64,000 nt of DNA from Acidobacteriota bacterium (GCA_963666055.2 CAXWPH010000011.1:1-64000); one strand, 5' to 3'. Positions 8,280-19,924 are shown, counted from the first letter of the stretch. Made by a program: numbers and translations. Notes: generated by a model from the sequence alone, not told the origin.

Positions 8280-11018
8280 CTACCCTTCGCGCAGGGCGCG
8301 CGACGGCTCGAGGCGAGCCGACCGCCACGCCGGGAAGCAGCAAGCGACCGTCACCACGGCCGCCAGCACGACGGTCACTTCGGCGAGCGTTCGGAGATCG
8401 CGCGCTGCGACGCCGAACAGCATGCTCTGCATTACACCGGCGGTGGCCAGCGAGCCGAGGATGCCGAAAGTCAACCCCAGCGCCGCCAGTCGCGATCCGT
8501 CGCCCAGCACCATACGTATGATGGTGTCGCTGCGGGCGCCCAGCGCCATGCGCACGCCGATCTCGTGCACTCGCTGGCTGACCGAGTAGGCCATCACGCC
8601 GTACACACCGATGCCGGTGAGCAACAACGCCAGACCGCCGAATAGCGACAACAGCGTGAGGCTGAACCGCCGCGGAGCAAGACGGGCCGCGGCGGCAGCG
8701 TGCATTGTCTGTATCTGGAACAGCGGCAGGTTGGGGTTGAGCGCCCGCGCCACGCCGCGGATCTCGGTGGCCACGGACGCTGGCTCCGCCGCGGTACGCA
8801 CCACCAGGTCCATCCCCCAATCGCCAAAGTGGCCGAAGCGCGCCTGCGCCAGCGTCGTGTAGATCACCGGGTCGGCGGGCTGCTCGAGGTCGGTCAGCGG
8901 CACATCGTCGACGACTCCCACGACGGCGTACCACGCGGCCGACGAATCCTCGGGATCCTCCATGGTGATGCGGCGCCCCAGCGGATCCTCGTCGCCGAAG
9001 CCGGCCTCCGCGGCCGAGGCGCTCAGTACCGCGACCCGCTCGGCGCCCAGATCATCGTCGGCGCGGAGCACGCGGCCGCTCAGCAACGGAATGCCGAGGG
9101 TACGAAGGTAACCTGGGACAACGACCCGCGCGGAAGCCGGCGGCAACTCGCCGAGTGCCAACGGCTTGCCTTCGACGTTGAAGCGTGTGCTCCACATGTT
9201 GCTCGCCCCGAAGGGACGCCGGTTGACGATCGCGGCGGAGTGCACCCCGGGCAGCGCGTCGACCCGCTGCAGCAACTGTCGATAGAACTCCCCCACCTCG
9301 ACGCGCTCTGCTTGAAGCCGCGCCATGAATTCGTCCATACCGATTTGCCCGGACGGCGAGAACATCGGCGGCTCGACTCGTAGTGTGAGCAAGTCGCTGG
9401 CGTCGAAGCCCGGGTCGACGGCGACCACGTTGGCGAAGCTACGCACCAGCAGCGCCGCACCGGTGAGCACGATGAAGGCGATCGCTACCTGCCCCACGGC
9501 AAAAACCCGCCGCATGCGTTCCCCACCGGCGCCGACCGCCGACCTGCCGCCCTGGCGGAGCGCATCGGCAACATTGCTGCGCGCCGCGCGCCACGCGGGC
9601 GCGACACCGAAGACCACACCGACCACTGTGGAGACCGCGATCGAGAACAACACCACGGTGGCATCCAACGAGACCTCCTGCGAGCGTGGAATCGCCGACT
9701 CGCCGAGCTGAACGATGGGATGCAGCAGCAGCTGGGCTACTGCCAGCCCGATGGCACCACCGAGCATTGCCAGCACCATGCTCTCGGTCATGAGCTGTCG
9801 TACGAGGCGCCCGGTGGAGGCACCCAGGGCAACCCGCAACGCCATCTCGCCGCCGCGCACCGAGGCCCGAGCGAGCAACAGGTTCGAGACATTGGCGGCG
9901 GCAATCAGCAGCACCATGACAACAATCGCCTGAACGATCAGCAGCTGGCGCGGCGCCGAGCCAATAGAGCTATCGAGCAATGGCTCGACGAATCCCTCCA
10001 TGGTTCCGTTGGACTCGGGATACTCCTGCGCCAGCGCCGCCATGATCCGGTCCATATCGTCGCGCGCCTGCTGCAGCGTCACTTCAGGAGCCAAACGCGC
10101 GATGGCGCGCACCCAGTACGAGGCTCGCGGGCCACCGTCGACAGGGCGTATGTCCCAAGGCTTCCACACATGAGTCCCGGCAGGAAACTCGAATCCGGCC
10201 GGCATGACCCCCACCACCGTGAGCGGCCGATCGTCGAGCACGATCTCCTGCCCGAGCGCCGCAATCGGGCCCCCGAAGCGGCGCATCGCCAGGCCGTCGC
10301 TGATCAGCGCCACACCATCCGCACCGGGATGGTCCTCCTCGACCGAGAGATCACGGCCCACCGCCGGCGGTGTCTGTAGCGCTGACAGGAACGGCGACGA
10401 GACCATCGTGTACTGCACGCGCTCGGGCTCGTCGCCACCCGTCAGGTTGCCGGCACGCGTTACGTAGACCGCCATCGACCCGAACACGCGATTGCGCTCT
10501 TGCCAGTCGACAAAGTCGTGCGCCGACACACCGTAGCGCAGCCAGCCCCGTTGCGGCTGGCTGTCCCACAGCGCCACCAAGCGCTCCGACTCCGGATACG
10601 GCAAGGGCCGCAGCCACACTGCGTTGAGCACGCTGAAGATCGCCGCGGTAGCGCCAATGCCAAGCGCCAGCGTCAGAATTGCCGCGACCGTGAACCCGGG
10701 GCTCAGTCGCAGGGCCCGCAGAGCGTACGCGACATCTCGTCCGAGCGCCGTCAGGAGGCGGCTCAATCCTCCTTCGCGGCCGTCGACTCGCCGGCCCGCA
10801 CGCTCGCGCACTGCGAGCAGCAATGTCTCCATGAGCGATCGCACCGCGAACACGAGCGCCGAACCTCGCCCGCGACCACGTGCAGCGGCGTAGCCGTCGC
10901 TGAACGCATCGAGCTGGTCGCGACCGAAGCGAGCGCGAACACGCGCCGGGTACACCAGCAGACACAGTCCGTAGAGTCGCACCGCGAGAGGACGCCAGCC
11001 ACCCGGTGGCCGCGTCAT
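8280..11018 (-). CDS. ADOP-type duplicated ABC permease (MacB/FtsX domains)
   Basis: [32 protein letters not shown] and EIGVRMALGA motifs. Confidence 0.93.
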   Translation of the reverse strand: MTRPPGGWRPLAVRLYGLCLLVYPARVRARFGRDQLDAFSDGYAAARGRGRGSALVFAVRSLMETLLLAVRERAGRRVDGREGGLSRLLTALGRDVAYALRALRLSPGFTVAAILTLALGIGATAAIFSVLNAVWLRPLPYPESERLVALWDSQPQRGWLRYGVSAHDFVDWQERNRVFGSMAVYVTRAGNLTGGDEPERVQYTMVSSPFLSALQTPPAVGRDLSVEEDHPGADGVALISDGLAMRRFGGPIAALGQEIVLDDRPLTVVGVMPAGFEFPAGTHVWKPWDIRPVDGGPRASYWVRAIARLAPEVTLQQARDDMDRIMAALAQEYPESNGTMEGFVEPLLDSSIGSAPRQLLIVQAIVVMVLLIAAANVSNLLLARASVRGGEMALRVALGASTGRLVRQLMTESMVLAMLGGAIGLAVAQLLLHPIVQLGESAIPRSQEVSLDATVVLFSIAVSTVVGVVFGVAPAWRAARSNVADALRQGGRSAVGAGGERMRRVFAVGQVAIAFIVLTGAALLVRSFANVVAVDPGFDASDLLTLRVEPPMFSPSGQIGMDEFMARLQAERVEVGEFYRQLLQRVDALPGVHSAAIVNRRPFGASNMWSTRFNVEGKPLALGELPPASARVVVPGYLRTLGIPLLSGRVLRADDDLGAERVAVLSASAAEAGFGDEDPLGRRITMEDPEDSSAAWYAVVGVVDDVPLTDLEQPADPVIYTTLAQARFGHFGDWGMDLVVRTAAEPASVATEIRGVARALNPNLPLFQIQTMHAAAAARLAPRRFSLTLLSLFGGLALLLTGIGVYGVMAYSVSQRVHEIGVRMALGARSDTIIRMVLGDGSRLAALGLTFGILGSLATAGVMQSMLFGVAARDLRTLAEVTVVLAAVVTVACCFPAWRSARLEPSRALREG

Positions 11019-11380
11019 CCGGACCTTGCCCCCGGGATCAGGTTGCGCCTCCGCGCGGCGCTCACCTGCCGCTCGAGCCGCACCGCCTCGGCCTTTGCGG
11101 CGTCGAGCCCGATCGCAGTGATGCGGTAGATGCGGCGTCGCTGGTCGTCGGCGTCAACGGCCTTCCGATGCTTGATCTCCTCGATCAGCCCGCGCGACAG
11201 CATGCTTCGCAGGTGGCGGTACAGCGTTCCCGGCAGCATGTTCACGGCACCGTCGCTACGTGCCGCCACGTCGCGCATGATCGCGTAGCCGTGGCTGTCG
11301 CCCTCGGTCAGCCGCATCAGAATCTCGAACATTTCGGCCTTCAGGGGAACCGCTGTACCCATATCGTCGTTGTGTGTCAT
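11015..11380 (-). CDS. PadR-family regulator
   Basis: SHGYAIM..PGTLYRHL..RRRIYRIT; stop overlaps the ADOP start. Start could also be 11404. Confidence 0.9.
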   Translation of the reverse strand: MTHNDDMGTAVPLKAEMFEILMRLTEGDSHGYAIMRDVAARSDGAVNMLPGTLYRHLRSMLSRGLIEEIKHRKAVDADDQRRRIYRITAIGLDAAKAEAVRLERQVSAARRRNLIPGARSG

Positions 11381-11479
11381 CGCTGTATTAGAGTCCACAT
11401 CCATACGAAACGTTTATACACGATTTATGTCTAGTGGGTCGAAGGCGGCGCTGCAAGACACTGGACCTCACCGCCTTCC

Positions 11480-11710
11480 GTGTCGATCTCGCCGTCGGCA
11501 ACTCGCGCTGCCGAGAGCGAGGTATCGATACCGTTCGAGTACGGGCCGCCGTTGATCGTCAAGCCCACCTTCGAGCTGCTCGGCGAGGAGCTTCTGCTGC
11601 TCGGTCGACGCGAGGAGGCAACTGCGGCATTCCAGCGCGCCGCGGAGCGGGCTCCAGGCCGAGCCGCGGCGGTTCGCGGACTGGCCCGGTCGCGTACCTC
11701 GGCGCGGTGA
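11480..11710 (+). pseudogene. C-terminal TPR remnant
   Basis: GPPLIVKPTFELLGEELL..AFQRAAERAPGR; no N-terminus. Confidence 0.55.
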
Positions 11711-11770
11711 CAGCGATGGTCCAAGGCAGCCACGACGCGCGCCGACGCGACGGCCTCTGCGGCGGCGTGG

Positions 11771-12595
11771 CTACAAACTCGGAGAGACGCGCCTCGCCGC
11801 GACCATGACCTCCGGATCGAGCACGGTCATCGCTGTGGCCCGGTCGCCCTCAACGGCAAAGCGGATACGGACCGCCGACGCGCCGGCCGGACGGAACTGA
11901 TGATCTCCAACGTACGAAAGCCCACGACCCGATCCCTTGCCCCGCCGGATCATCAGGTTGCCGCGGTCGTTGATATACACCTCGAGCCAATCCTCCTCGC
12001 CAGCTCCGAACGTGTAGCGCCCGAGATAGGCATCGCGATCTGCATCCGAGAGCGACTCGCGCGCTGCACCGGTATCGGCATCGCCGAGCGACTCGAGGTA
12101 GGCCAACACCGGCCGGGCAAGCTCGCCGCCGGCGCGAGCATGCGACAGCAACGTGATGCCGTGTGGACCGGGGATGCGCTGCACACCCGGTGAAGCATCG
12201 ACGAACGCCTGCACGACCTCGAGGTGACCGAGCATGACGGCGGAAAACAGCGATGGGCGCGCGCCGTATTCGATCAACAGCTCGGCGATGTCGCGGCGAC
12301 CCATGTGGGCCGCCGCACCGAGGCCGCTCTCCCAGTCGCCGAAGCCCCAATCCTGACTCGCCTTGGCCAGTGCCGGGCTCTCCTCGACCAGCTGCCCCAC
12401 ACGGGCGAGATTTCCATGCGACACCCCGACGATCTCGCGCACGCGCGCAGGATCCTGCGACGGAAACGCATCGTACACGTCGGCGGCGGCCGCCGGCAGA
12501 TGCGGCTGCGGTGTTGAGATCAGCTCCGCCCAGGTGAGGGCGCCTAGCGCTGGGACTGCCGACAGAACGTAGCGACGCGGGATAAGTGGTTGCAT
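11771..12595 (-). CDS. exported ankyrin-like hypothetical protein
   Basis: RR-containing N-terminus; DWGFGDWESGLGAAAHMGRRDIAELLIEYGA and GPHGITLLSHA. Confidence 0.75.
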   Translation of the reverse strand: MQPLIPRRYVLSAVPALGALTWAELISTPQPHLPAAAADVYDAFPSQDPARVREIVGVSHGNLARVGQLVEESPALAKASQDWGFGDWESGLGAAAHMGRRDIAELLIEYGARPSLFSAVMLGHLEVVQAFVDASPGVQRIPGPHGITLLSHARAGGELARPVLAYLESLGDADTGAARESLSDADRDAYLGRYTFGAGEEDWLEVYINDRGNLMIRRGKGSGRGLSYVGDHQFRPAGASAVRIRFAVEGDRATAMTVLDPEVMVAARRVSPSL

Positions 12596-12724
12596 CGAAT
12601 TCCCTGCTCGGGGATTGCGGGGTTGCTGAAGATATTAACTTACTCTTGTTTAATATCTCAGTCTAGCCGCGCTGCGCCACCTCCCCTAGCGCGAATCGCC
12701 GTGCTGGAAGTGTTGCCTCATACC

Positions 12725-12820
12725 TCATATAAGGTGCCGTAACAGCAGGCCAGCGAGCAGTACGAGCGGCGTTATCAGGATCAGTACGGGCGTAATCTCG
12801 ACGATATCAGGACGTCGCAT
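12725..12820 (-). CDS. candidate 31-aa single-TM small protein
   Basis: GAGGA RBS then MRRPDIVEITPVLILITPLVLLAGLLLRHLI*. Confidence 0.4.
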   Translation of the reverse strand: MRRPDIVEITPVLILITPLVLLAGLLLRHLI

Positions 12821-12965
12821 GGTCAGCGTTTCCTCAAGGGGATCGTTCGTTGGCTTGTTTGCGCGTCGGTCGCTCGACGCTCCGCCCCATGTGACCGGCG
12901 TGTAAGGACAATCACACCGGATCGTCGTGCGCCACGTCGTCCCTACTGGAGCCAGACACTGGCGC

Positions 12966-15416
12966 TCACTCGCGCAACACCACCATCGGATCGACACGTG
13001 TCGCGCGGCGAGCCGGCAGCAAGCATGCGACCGTCGCCACTGCCAGCAGCAACAACGGCACGACAACGAAAGTGGTCGCGTCGGTTGCACCAATGCCGTA
13101 CAGCAGCGAGCTCATGAACCGCGTCAGGAAGAATGCGGCGCCAACCCCCAGTGCCAGGCCCAGACTAGCGACACGCAGCCCCTGGCCCAGCACCATGCGC
13201 AGCACTCCGCCGGCCTCGGCGCCAAGAGCCATGCGGATACCGAGCTCGCGATAGCGCTCCGCCACCGAGTACGACATGACGCCGTAGGTTCCTACCGTGG
13301 CGAGCACGAGCGCCACCGAACCGAAGATCCCCAGGAGCAGCGTCATGAACCGCGGCCGCGCCACCGCCGAATACAGCGCGCTGCTCATGGTCTGCACATC
13401 GGCCAGCGGCAACGTCGGGTCGAGCGACCATACCGCCTGGCGCGCCTGCCCCGCCACCTGGATCGGCGGCACCGTGGTACGCATGACGACGTTCATGCTG
13501 CGCGGCGCGAAGTTCAGCGACGCCGCTACTTGCGGCGTATAGAAGTACAGTTCGGTGCCGGTTTCGTTCTCGACTCCGTCCTGCTTGACGTCTGCCATCA
13601 CCCCGACGATCGACATCCAGGGGTTGTCGTCGCCGCAGCACGGTCGCAGACGGCGTCCAATGGCACTCTCGCCCGGGAAGAATACCGACGCCAAGGTCTC
13701 GTTGACGACGGTAACGGGCTGAGCTCCTTCGCCCATATCCTGATCGCCGAACGGTCGACCCTCCACCAAATCGATTGCCATGGTAGTGAAATACCCGTCG
13801 GTCACCCACTGGTAGAAGTCGACATTGTGCGGCGGGCCGTCCTCGGTTCGTTCGACTCCCTCGAACTCGGTGTCGTTGGCGTCGAGACGACGGCGCGGGG
13901 GCAACCCACTCATCGCCGTCGCGGCGGCAACACCCGGTATCGCGCCGAGCTTGTCGACCAACTCGTTGAAAAAAGCGATCTGGGCGCGCCCGTCGGCGTA
14001 CTCTGCGCTCGGCAAGTACAACCGGAAGGTCAGCAGCGCTTCGGGATCGAATCCCGGATCGACGCTTTGGAGCTCGTCAAAGCTGCGCAGCATGAGCCCG
14101 GCGCCGATCACCAGCACCACCGCCAGCGCGATCTCGCTGACCACGAGCAGACGCCTCAGCCGCAGCTTTCCGAACCCGCTGGTGGATCGCTCGCCCCCCT
14201 CGCGCAGCGAGTTGGACAGGTTACGCACCGTCATGTGCATCATCGGCGCCAATCCGAACAGCAGACCGGTGAGCAACGACATCGCGGTAGTAAAGACCAG
14301 CACCGAAGCATCGAGCGAGATGTCGTTGATACGCGGCAGGGAGTCGGGGCTGGTGGCGAGCAGCGCCCGCAATCCCCAGTTGCCGAGCAAGAGGCCAGCG
14401 GCCCCGCCGGCGAGTGCCAGTAGGCCGCTCTCGGTGAGGAACTGGCGCACCAGCCGGCCGCGACTGGCGCCCAGGGCCGTGCGCACGGCGATCTCCTTCT
14501 GCCGCGCTTCGGATCGCGCCAGCAGCAGGTTGCCGACGTTGGCGCAGGCGATCAGCAACACGAACCCGACGGCGCCGAGCAACAGCAAGAGCGCCGGCCG
14601 CACCTCGCCGACAACCTCGTCGCGCAGCTCCGTCAGATGCAACGGATGCCCGTCGAGACTGGGCACGTGGCCGTCAGGAACACGATCGCGCCACTGGTCC
14701 AGCAGACCGACAAGCTCCGCTTCTGCGGCGCCCGGGGTGACACCGGGCGCTAGCCTGCCCACCGCAAACAGGAAGTGGTTGCCGCGCGGGCGCGGCGCTG
14801 CCGCGTTCAGCTGCAGCGGCGCCCACACTTCCGTACCGTTGTCGTTGATATCGAAACCGGCCGGCATGACGCCGACGATGGCGCTCGTCTGGCCGTTGAT
14901 CTCGACGGTCTCTCCAACCGCCGCATCACGACCGCCGAAGGCCCGCTGCCACAGCTCCCACGACAACACCACCGCCAGCGGCCCGCCGGGCGCGTCCTCC
15001 TCGGCGGTGAAGACGCGGCCGACCGCCGGTTCGACGCCCAGCACCGTGAAGAACGAACGCGTCACGGTGGCGGAGCTCACGCGCACTGGCGATTGCCCGC
15101 CGGTGATGCTGATCTCCCCGGTGTTGTACGCCCCGAGATCGACGATCGCATCACCCCACTCGGCATACTCCTGGTATTCCGGCTGCGACATCCAGAACTT
15201 GTCGAAGCCCATCGTCGGAAACGCTGTCGTAACGAATACGAGCCGCTCCGGATCCTGGTACGGAAGCGGCTTGAGGACCACGCCGTTGACGACGCTGAAG
15301 ATGGCGGAGTTGGCGCCGATGCCAAGCGCCAACGTCAATACCGCCACCACCACGAACCCCGGCGTCTGCACGAGCGAGCGCGCGGCGAACTTGAGGTCTT
15401 GCAGGACATCTTGCAT
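12966..15416 (-). CDS. ADOP-type duplicated ABC permease
   Basis: [44 protein letters not shown] and [13 protein letters not shown]. Confidence 0.94.
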   Translation of the reverse strand: MQDVLQDLKFAARSLVQTPGFVVVAVLTLALGIGANSAIFSVVNGVVLKPLPYQDPERLVFVTTAFPTMGFDKFWMSQPEYQEYAEWGDAIVDLGAYNTGEISITGGQSPVRVSSATVTRSFFTVLGVEPAVGRVFTAEEDAPGGPLAVVLSWELWQRAFGGRDAAVGETVEINGQTSAIVGVMPAGFDINDNGTEVWAPLQLNAAAPRPRGNHFLFAVGRLAPGVTPGAAEAELVGLLDQWRDRVPDGHVPSLDGHPLHLTELRDEVVGEVRPALLLLLGAVGFVLLIACANVGNLLLARSEARQKEIAVRTALGASRGRLVRQFLTESGLLALAGGAAGLLLGNWGLRALLATSPDSLPRINDISLDASVLVFTTAMSLLTGLLFGLAPMMHMTVRNLSNSLREGGERSTSGFGKLRLRRLLVVSEIALAVVLVIGAGLMLRSFDELQSVDPGFDPEALLTFRLYLPSAEYADGRAQIAFFNELVDKLGAIPGVAAATAMSGLPPRRRLDANDTEFEGVERTEDGPPHNVDFYQWVTDGYFTTMAIDLVEGRPFGDQDMGEGAQPVTVVNETLASVFFPGESAIGRRLRPCCGDDNPWMSIVGVMADVKQDGVENETGTELYFYTPQVAASLNFAPRSMNVVMRTTVPPIQVAGQARQAVWSLDPTLPLADVQTMSSALYSAVARPRFMTLLLGIFGSVALVLATVGTYGVMSYSVAERYRELGIRMALGAEAGGVLRMVLGQGLRVASLGLALGVGAAFFLTRFMSSLLYGIGATDATTFVVVPLLLLAVATVACLLPARRATRVDPMVVLRE

Positions 15417-15656
15417 GGCGGCCAACTTGGGGAGTTTGTGCTCTCGGCGAGAACCCGCTGTCTCTAGGACGCACGAGCAGGGCGGCGGGTTCCGAAGGTG
15501 CTGTAAGAAAGGCACGTGCGGGAGGCTCGCCGCTTACAGGTGAACACACGCGAAGCCTGGCGGTACGCCGGAGATCGGCTCGCGTGCTGGCAAGCCATCG
15601 GGCACAGTAGGCGCGGGCGCCACCGGCGCTCACGCAACGGCAATCAGGAGACCCGC

Positions 15657-16814
15657 ATGGCCGACCGCACCACCAGCATCGATACCAAGCTCATCCATGC
15701 CGGCGAGCCCGAGCCCCGCATCGGCGATGCGGTGGTGCCGCCCATCTTCCAGTCGTCGACATACGAGTACAACGGCAGCGACTCGTATGACGATATCCGC
15801 TATGTGCGGCTGAGCAACACCCCGAGCCACACTGTCCTGCACGCCAAGCTGGCGGCGCTCGAGAACGCCGACGCCGCGCTGGTCGCCAGCAGCGGAATGT
15901 CGGCGATCACCAGTGCGCTGCTGTCGGTTCTGCGCCAGGGGGACCACCTGCTCGTGCAGGATTGCCTCTACGGCGGCACCCACTCGTTCGTGTTCGACGA
16001 CCTACCCGGCTGGGGGATCACCGTCGATACCTTCGACCCCACCGAGCCTGACTCGTGGGGCGACCTAGTACGCCCCTCAACCAAGGTGATCTACGCCGAG
16101 ACGATCACCAACCCGCTGGTTCAGGTCGGAGAGCTAGAGGCGGTCGCGGCGTTTGCCAAAGAACGCGGCCTGGTGTCGATGATCGACAACACCTTCGCCA
16201 GCCCGTTCAATTTCCGACCGGCGGAATGGGGGTTCGATCTGTCAATACACTCGGCCACCAAGTATCTGAACGGCCACACCGACCTCGCCGCCGGCGCCGT
16301 CATCGGCAGCGGCAAGCTCGTCGAGGACGTACGCCGGACGGCCAACCACCTCGGGGGATCGCTGGACCCTCACGCCTGCTTTCTGTTGCATCGGGGCATG
16401 AAGACACTCGCGGTGCGGGTGCGGCAGCAAAACCACAACGCGGCACGCATCGCCGTGTTTCTCGAAGGGCATGCGGGGGTGGCGTCGGTCAACTACCCGG
16501 GGCTGCCGAGCAACCGCGATCATGAGCGCGCCGGCCGCTTTCTGGACGGCTTTGGCGGCATGCTCAGCTTCGAGGTGAATGGCGGCGTCGAAGCTGCCCG
16601 ACGGGTCGTAAAGGAGGTGCGCTTACCGATTGAAGCACCCAGCCTTGGCGGCGTGGAGACCCTGATCACTCGACCTTCGACCACCTCCCACGCCGGTATG
16701 CCGCCGCAGGCGCGCGCCGCCGCCGGGGTTACCGACAGCCTGATCCGTCTTTCCGTGGGAATCGAGGCGGCCGACGACCTGATCGCCGACCTGGATCAGG
16801 CGCTGGGCGCCTAG
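15657..16814 (+). CDS. PLP-dependent cystathionine gamma-lyase/synthase family enzyme
   Basis: PPIFQSST, SGMSA, YGGT, DNTFASP, HSATKYLNGH and IRLSVGIE; AGGAG RBS. Confidence 0.93.
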   Translation: MADRTTSIDTKLIHAGEPEPRIGDAVVPPIFQSSTYEYNGSDSYDDIRYVRLSNTPSHTVLHAKLAALENADAALVASSGMSAITSALLSVLRQGDHLLVQDCLYGGTHSFVFDDLPGWGITVDTFDPTEPDSWGDLVRPSTKVIYAETITNPLVQVGELEAVAAFAKERGLVSMIDNTFASPFNFRPAEWGFDLSIHSATKYLNGHTDLAAGAVIGSGKLVEDVRRTANHLGGSLDPHACFLLHRGMKTLAVRVRQQNHNAARIAVFLEGHAGVASVNYPGLPSNRDHERAGRFLDGFGGMLSFEVNGGVEAARRVVKEVRLPIEAPSLGGVETLITRPSTTSHAGMPPQARAAAGVTDSLIRLSVGIEAADDLIADLDQALGA

Positions 16815-16861
16815 GTCCGCGGCGGGAAGTAGCGCCTCGATGGCGTTCGGCCGCTCCTCGT

Positions 16862-17338
16862 TCAGTCGCCCCGGCGCTGCCGCAGCACCTCGAAGCACGC
16901 CAGCGCCACGCAGTTGGCAAGGTTGAGCGAGCGCACGCCCGGATCCGCGATGGGGAATCGCAGGAGACGATCCTGGTAGCGGCTACGTATCGCCGGCGGC
17001 AGGCCGACCGACTCACGGCCGAAGACCAACGTCACCGGGCGCCGGTACTCGGCGTCCCAGTACTCGTGCTCGGCTTCGGCGGAAAAGAAATATGCCGTAC
17101 CCAGACTCGGCAGGAGTGGCTCCAGATCGGACCAGCTGTCCCACATTTGCGGCGCCACCCGGGGCCAGTAGTCCAGACCCGCACGCCGCACCTTGGCATC
17201 GTCGAGCCCGAAACCAAGGGGTGCGACGAGATGCAGTTGCGCGCCCACCGCCAGGCAAGTGCGTCCGGCGTTGCCCGTGTTGCCATGGATCTCGGGCTCG
17301 ACCAGCACCACCTGCAAATTGTCGCGTGTCGTCTTCAC
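16862..17338 (-). CDS. trmL: tRNA (cytidine/uridine34-2'-O)-methyltransferase
   Basis: PEIHGNTGN..RRAGLDYW..FGRESVGLP..RSLNLAN SPOUT motifs; GTG start overlaps the MATE stop. Confidence 0.92.
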   Translation of the reverse strand: MKTTRDNLQVVLVEPEIHGNTGNAGRTCLAVGAQLHLVAPLGFGLDDAKVRRAGLDYWPRVAPQMWDSWSDLEPLLPSLGTAYFFSAEAEHEYWDAEYRRPVTLVFGRESVGLPPAIRSRYQDRLLRFPIADPGVRSLNLANCVALACFEVLRQRRGD

Positions 17339-18657
17339 CGCGAGCTTTCCATTCGACCGAGCACACGGCGCTCTGCGACCCACATCGTGATGACACGGCC
17401 GATCATGAAGAGCGCCATCGCAGCCCACAGCAAGTGGTTGTCCTTTCGACGTACCGCCACCCAGGCGATCGGCAGGAAGAACACCAGGGTGCTGACAACC
17501 ATCTGGTTGCGCAGTACCTTGCCCTCGGTAATGCCGATGAAGAAGCCATCGTAGATGTAGGCAATCGACCCGAACATGAGCACCGGAATCAGCCACGGAG
17601 CGTAGCGCCCCGCCGCCGCTATGACGCCAACGTGCGACGTCATGATGCCGAACATGGTCGCAGGGGCGAACAACATCACCCCAATCACCGGCACCACGAA
17701 CGCAAAGCCGGTGATCATGGCGAGCCGCAGGACACGCCGCAGCCGGTCGACATCGCGCTGACCGTAGTAGATACCCGCCAGGCTCTCGGTAGCAAACGCG
17801 GCTCCGTCGATCAGGTAGGCGGCCACCATCTGGAGCCTGATCAGGATGGCGTTGGCGGCCAGGACGGTGGTGCTGATGCGGGCACTGAAATTCGTGAACA
17901 GCGCCAACGTGGTCATCAGCGCCAGCGTGCGAACCACGATGTCGCGATTGAGCCGGAACAACTCGGCCAGCCGCTGGCGATCGAACACGCCGGCGCCGGA
18001 TAGCGGCGCCAGCGGGCCCAGGCGATAGACGAACGCGGCGCCCATCGCCAACATCAAGTACTGGCTGATCGTGGTCGCGACGCCGGCCCCGGTGGCGGCC
18101 CAACCGAGCTCGACGATGAACAGGTAGTCGAGCGCCACGTTCGCCAGGTTGCCTGCGACGGTGATCAGCAGGGCCTCGCGCGCCCGCTCCCGTCCCAACA
18201 GCCAGCCCAGCAACACGTAGTTGCTCAGCGTCGCCGGGGCGCCCCAAATACGGGCGTTGAAATAGTCTGTCCCGGCCTGCTCCACGCCAGACGAGCCCGA
18301 CAGCATCGCGAAGCCGACATCGCGGATCAGGTGGCGCGCCAACAACAGCACCACAGCCACCATAAGCGCTACCGCGAGCGACCGGTACAGGATGTGGCAG
18401 ACCTCGCGATAGTCGTCGCGACCCACCGCCTGCGCCGTCGTTCCGGTGGTGCCCATGCGCAAGAACCCGAAGGTCCAATAGGCGTAGTCGAAGATCACCG
18501 CGCCGAGTGCCACGCCGGCGAGATAGTCGATGTTGGACAGGTGTCCCAAGAAGGCGGTATCGACCAGACCCACCAGCGGCACAGTGACGTTGGAGAGGAT
18601 GTTGGGGACGGCCAGCCTAAAAAAGCGGCGGCGGAGCGAGATCGGCGACGGCGTCAT
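17335..18657 (-). CDS. dinF: MATE family efflux transporter (DinF-like)
   Basis: LAVPNILSNVTVPLVGLVDTAFLGHL..FGFLRMGTTG. Confidence 0.9.
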   Translation of the reverse strand: MTPSPISLRRRFFRLAVPNILSNVTVPLVGLVDTAFLGHLSNIDYLAGVALGAVIFDYAYWTFGFLRMGTTGTTAQAVGRDDYREVCHILYRSLAVALMVAVVLLLARHLIRDVGFAMLSGSSGVEQAGTDYFNARIWGAPATLSNYVLLGWLLGRERAREALLITVAGNLANVALDYLFIVELGWAATGAGVATTISQYLMLAMGAAFVYRLGPLAPLSGAGVFDRQRLAELFRLNRDIVVRTLALMTTLALFTNFSARISTTVLAANAILIRLQMVAAYLIDGAAFATESLAGIYYGQRDVDRLRRVLRLAMITGFAFVVPVIGVMLFAPATMFGIMTSHVGVIAAAGRYAPWLIPVLMFGSIAYIYDGFFIGITEGKVLRNQMVVSTLVFFLPIAWVAVRRKDNHLLWAAMALFMIGRVITMWVAERRVLGRMESSR

Positions 18658-18838
18658 GCGACCCCGTATACACCGCGACGCTCCCGAACGTCGTCGGCGC
18701 AGCGTTGACAGGCAGCCGGCAAACCGTTGCACGAGCGACGGCCCGGACCGAGGGAGAACGTTTCGGGCCGGGCCGTCTGCGACGTTTGGCGTCGCCTAGC
18801 AGACCTCTATAAGCAGGCCTTCTATGTCTCGGTTTGGA

Positions 18839-19825
18839 TCAGAAGAGGGCGCGAACGCCGACGCCCAAGGCGCCGGACGCGCCAGCACTCGTCTTCACCT
18901 CGCCGTCCTTGTCTTCATCGTCGCCCTCGTGCTCGTGCCAGTCCTCGTCGTCGTCCTGCCACTCGTGCAAGCGCCAGAGCCCGAACGGCATGTCCTCGCC
19001 CAACTCGAAGTCGAAGTCGAAGTCGTTCAGCCACTCTTCATGCAGGAAGTCGTCGGCATCGAAGTTCAACATGAAGTCATCGCCTGAGAGAGACCAACCG
19101 CGCGGGCCATCGCCGCGTAGGAAGAAGGCGTTGTGGCGCCCATCCTGGAGCTGGTCGCGCTGTTCGGCGGTGAGCGTTCCCCATGCCTGCTGATTCAGGC
19201 GCAGATCGGCGACGCGGCTCTCGACGCGCAACGTGCCAATTGCCTGCGTCTGCTGCTCGACGGCACCCAGGTCGGCGGTGTGTGGATCCTCCATCAGCTC
19301 TTCGAGATCAAGCTGGGCGACGTCGATCGCCGCCTCGCGCTCGATCGACGCTCGACGATGTTGCCGCCGCGCGTCGCGGATATCGCTTTCCTGCTGCTCA
19401 GTGAGCTCGAGATCCTCGGCCATGCGCAAGACTCGCTCGGCGATTCCGCCGCCGCCGGGGCCACGACGACGGATCGAGATATGCGGGGCACCACGCATCC
19501 GGCCGCGGGCGCTCTGCATCGCCTCGCGAATGGCTTCGGCGCCGTGACGCCGCGCCTCGGTCCACTGTTCCCTGGCCTGCGCCAGGTGCTCGGCCAGGCG
19601 CAAGTGACCGGCCTCCGTAGCCCGCCTGGCAGCTTGCGCCGCGTTTCGCATGTGCTGGCTGTAGACCTCCTTGGCTTGCGCCATCTCTGCAGCCTGCTTC
19701 GCTTCTTCTTCGGTCTGCACCGCACCCGCCTGCACGGCGCCTACCGACACCGCCATCAGACCCACCACGGCACACAGCCCCACCACCGCCACACCGGTGC
19801 GGGAGCGTAGGTTCACAGCAAACAT
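18839..19825 (-). CDS. exported Spy/CpxP-like (LTxxQ) protein with acidic C-tail
   Basis: Signal peptide; LELTEQQ and LTAEQR motifs; GGAGG RBS. Confidence 0.7.
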   Translation of the reverse strand: MFAVNLRSRTGVAVVGLCAVVGLMAVSVGAVQAGAVQTEEEAKQAAEMAQAKEVYSQHMRNAAQAARRATEAGHLRLAEHLAQAREQWTEARRHGAEAIREAMQSARGRMRGAPHISIRRRGPGGGGIAERVLRMAEDLELTEQQESDIRDARRQHRRASIEREAAIDVAQLDLEELMEDPHTADLGAVEQQTQAIGTLRVESRVADLRLNQQAWGTLTAEQRDQLQDGRHNAFFLRGDGPRGWSLSGDDFMLNFDADDFLHEEWLNDFDFDFELGEDMPFGLWRLHEWQDDDEDWHEHEGDDEDKDGEVKTSAGASGALGVGVRALF

Positions 19826-19924
19826 CACCAACCTCCAGTCGCTGGGGAACAACGATCACTCGAGTACCTAGTTAGAACCGCCGGGCGCGTCAAAAGTCGC
19901 ATCTACCGCGGGTGCGAGACATTT

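Noticed and set aside
16862-18478. 538-aa ORF as a large TrmL fusion
   Set aside because: The N-terminal part is an off-frame read of the MATE gene; TrmL starts at 17338.
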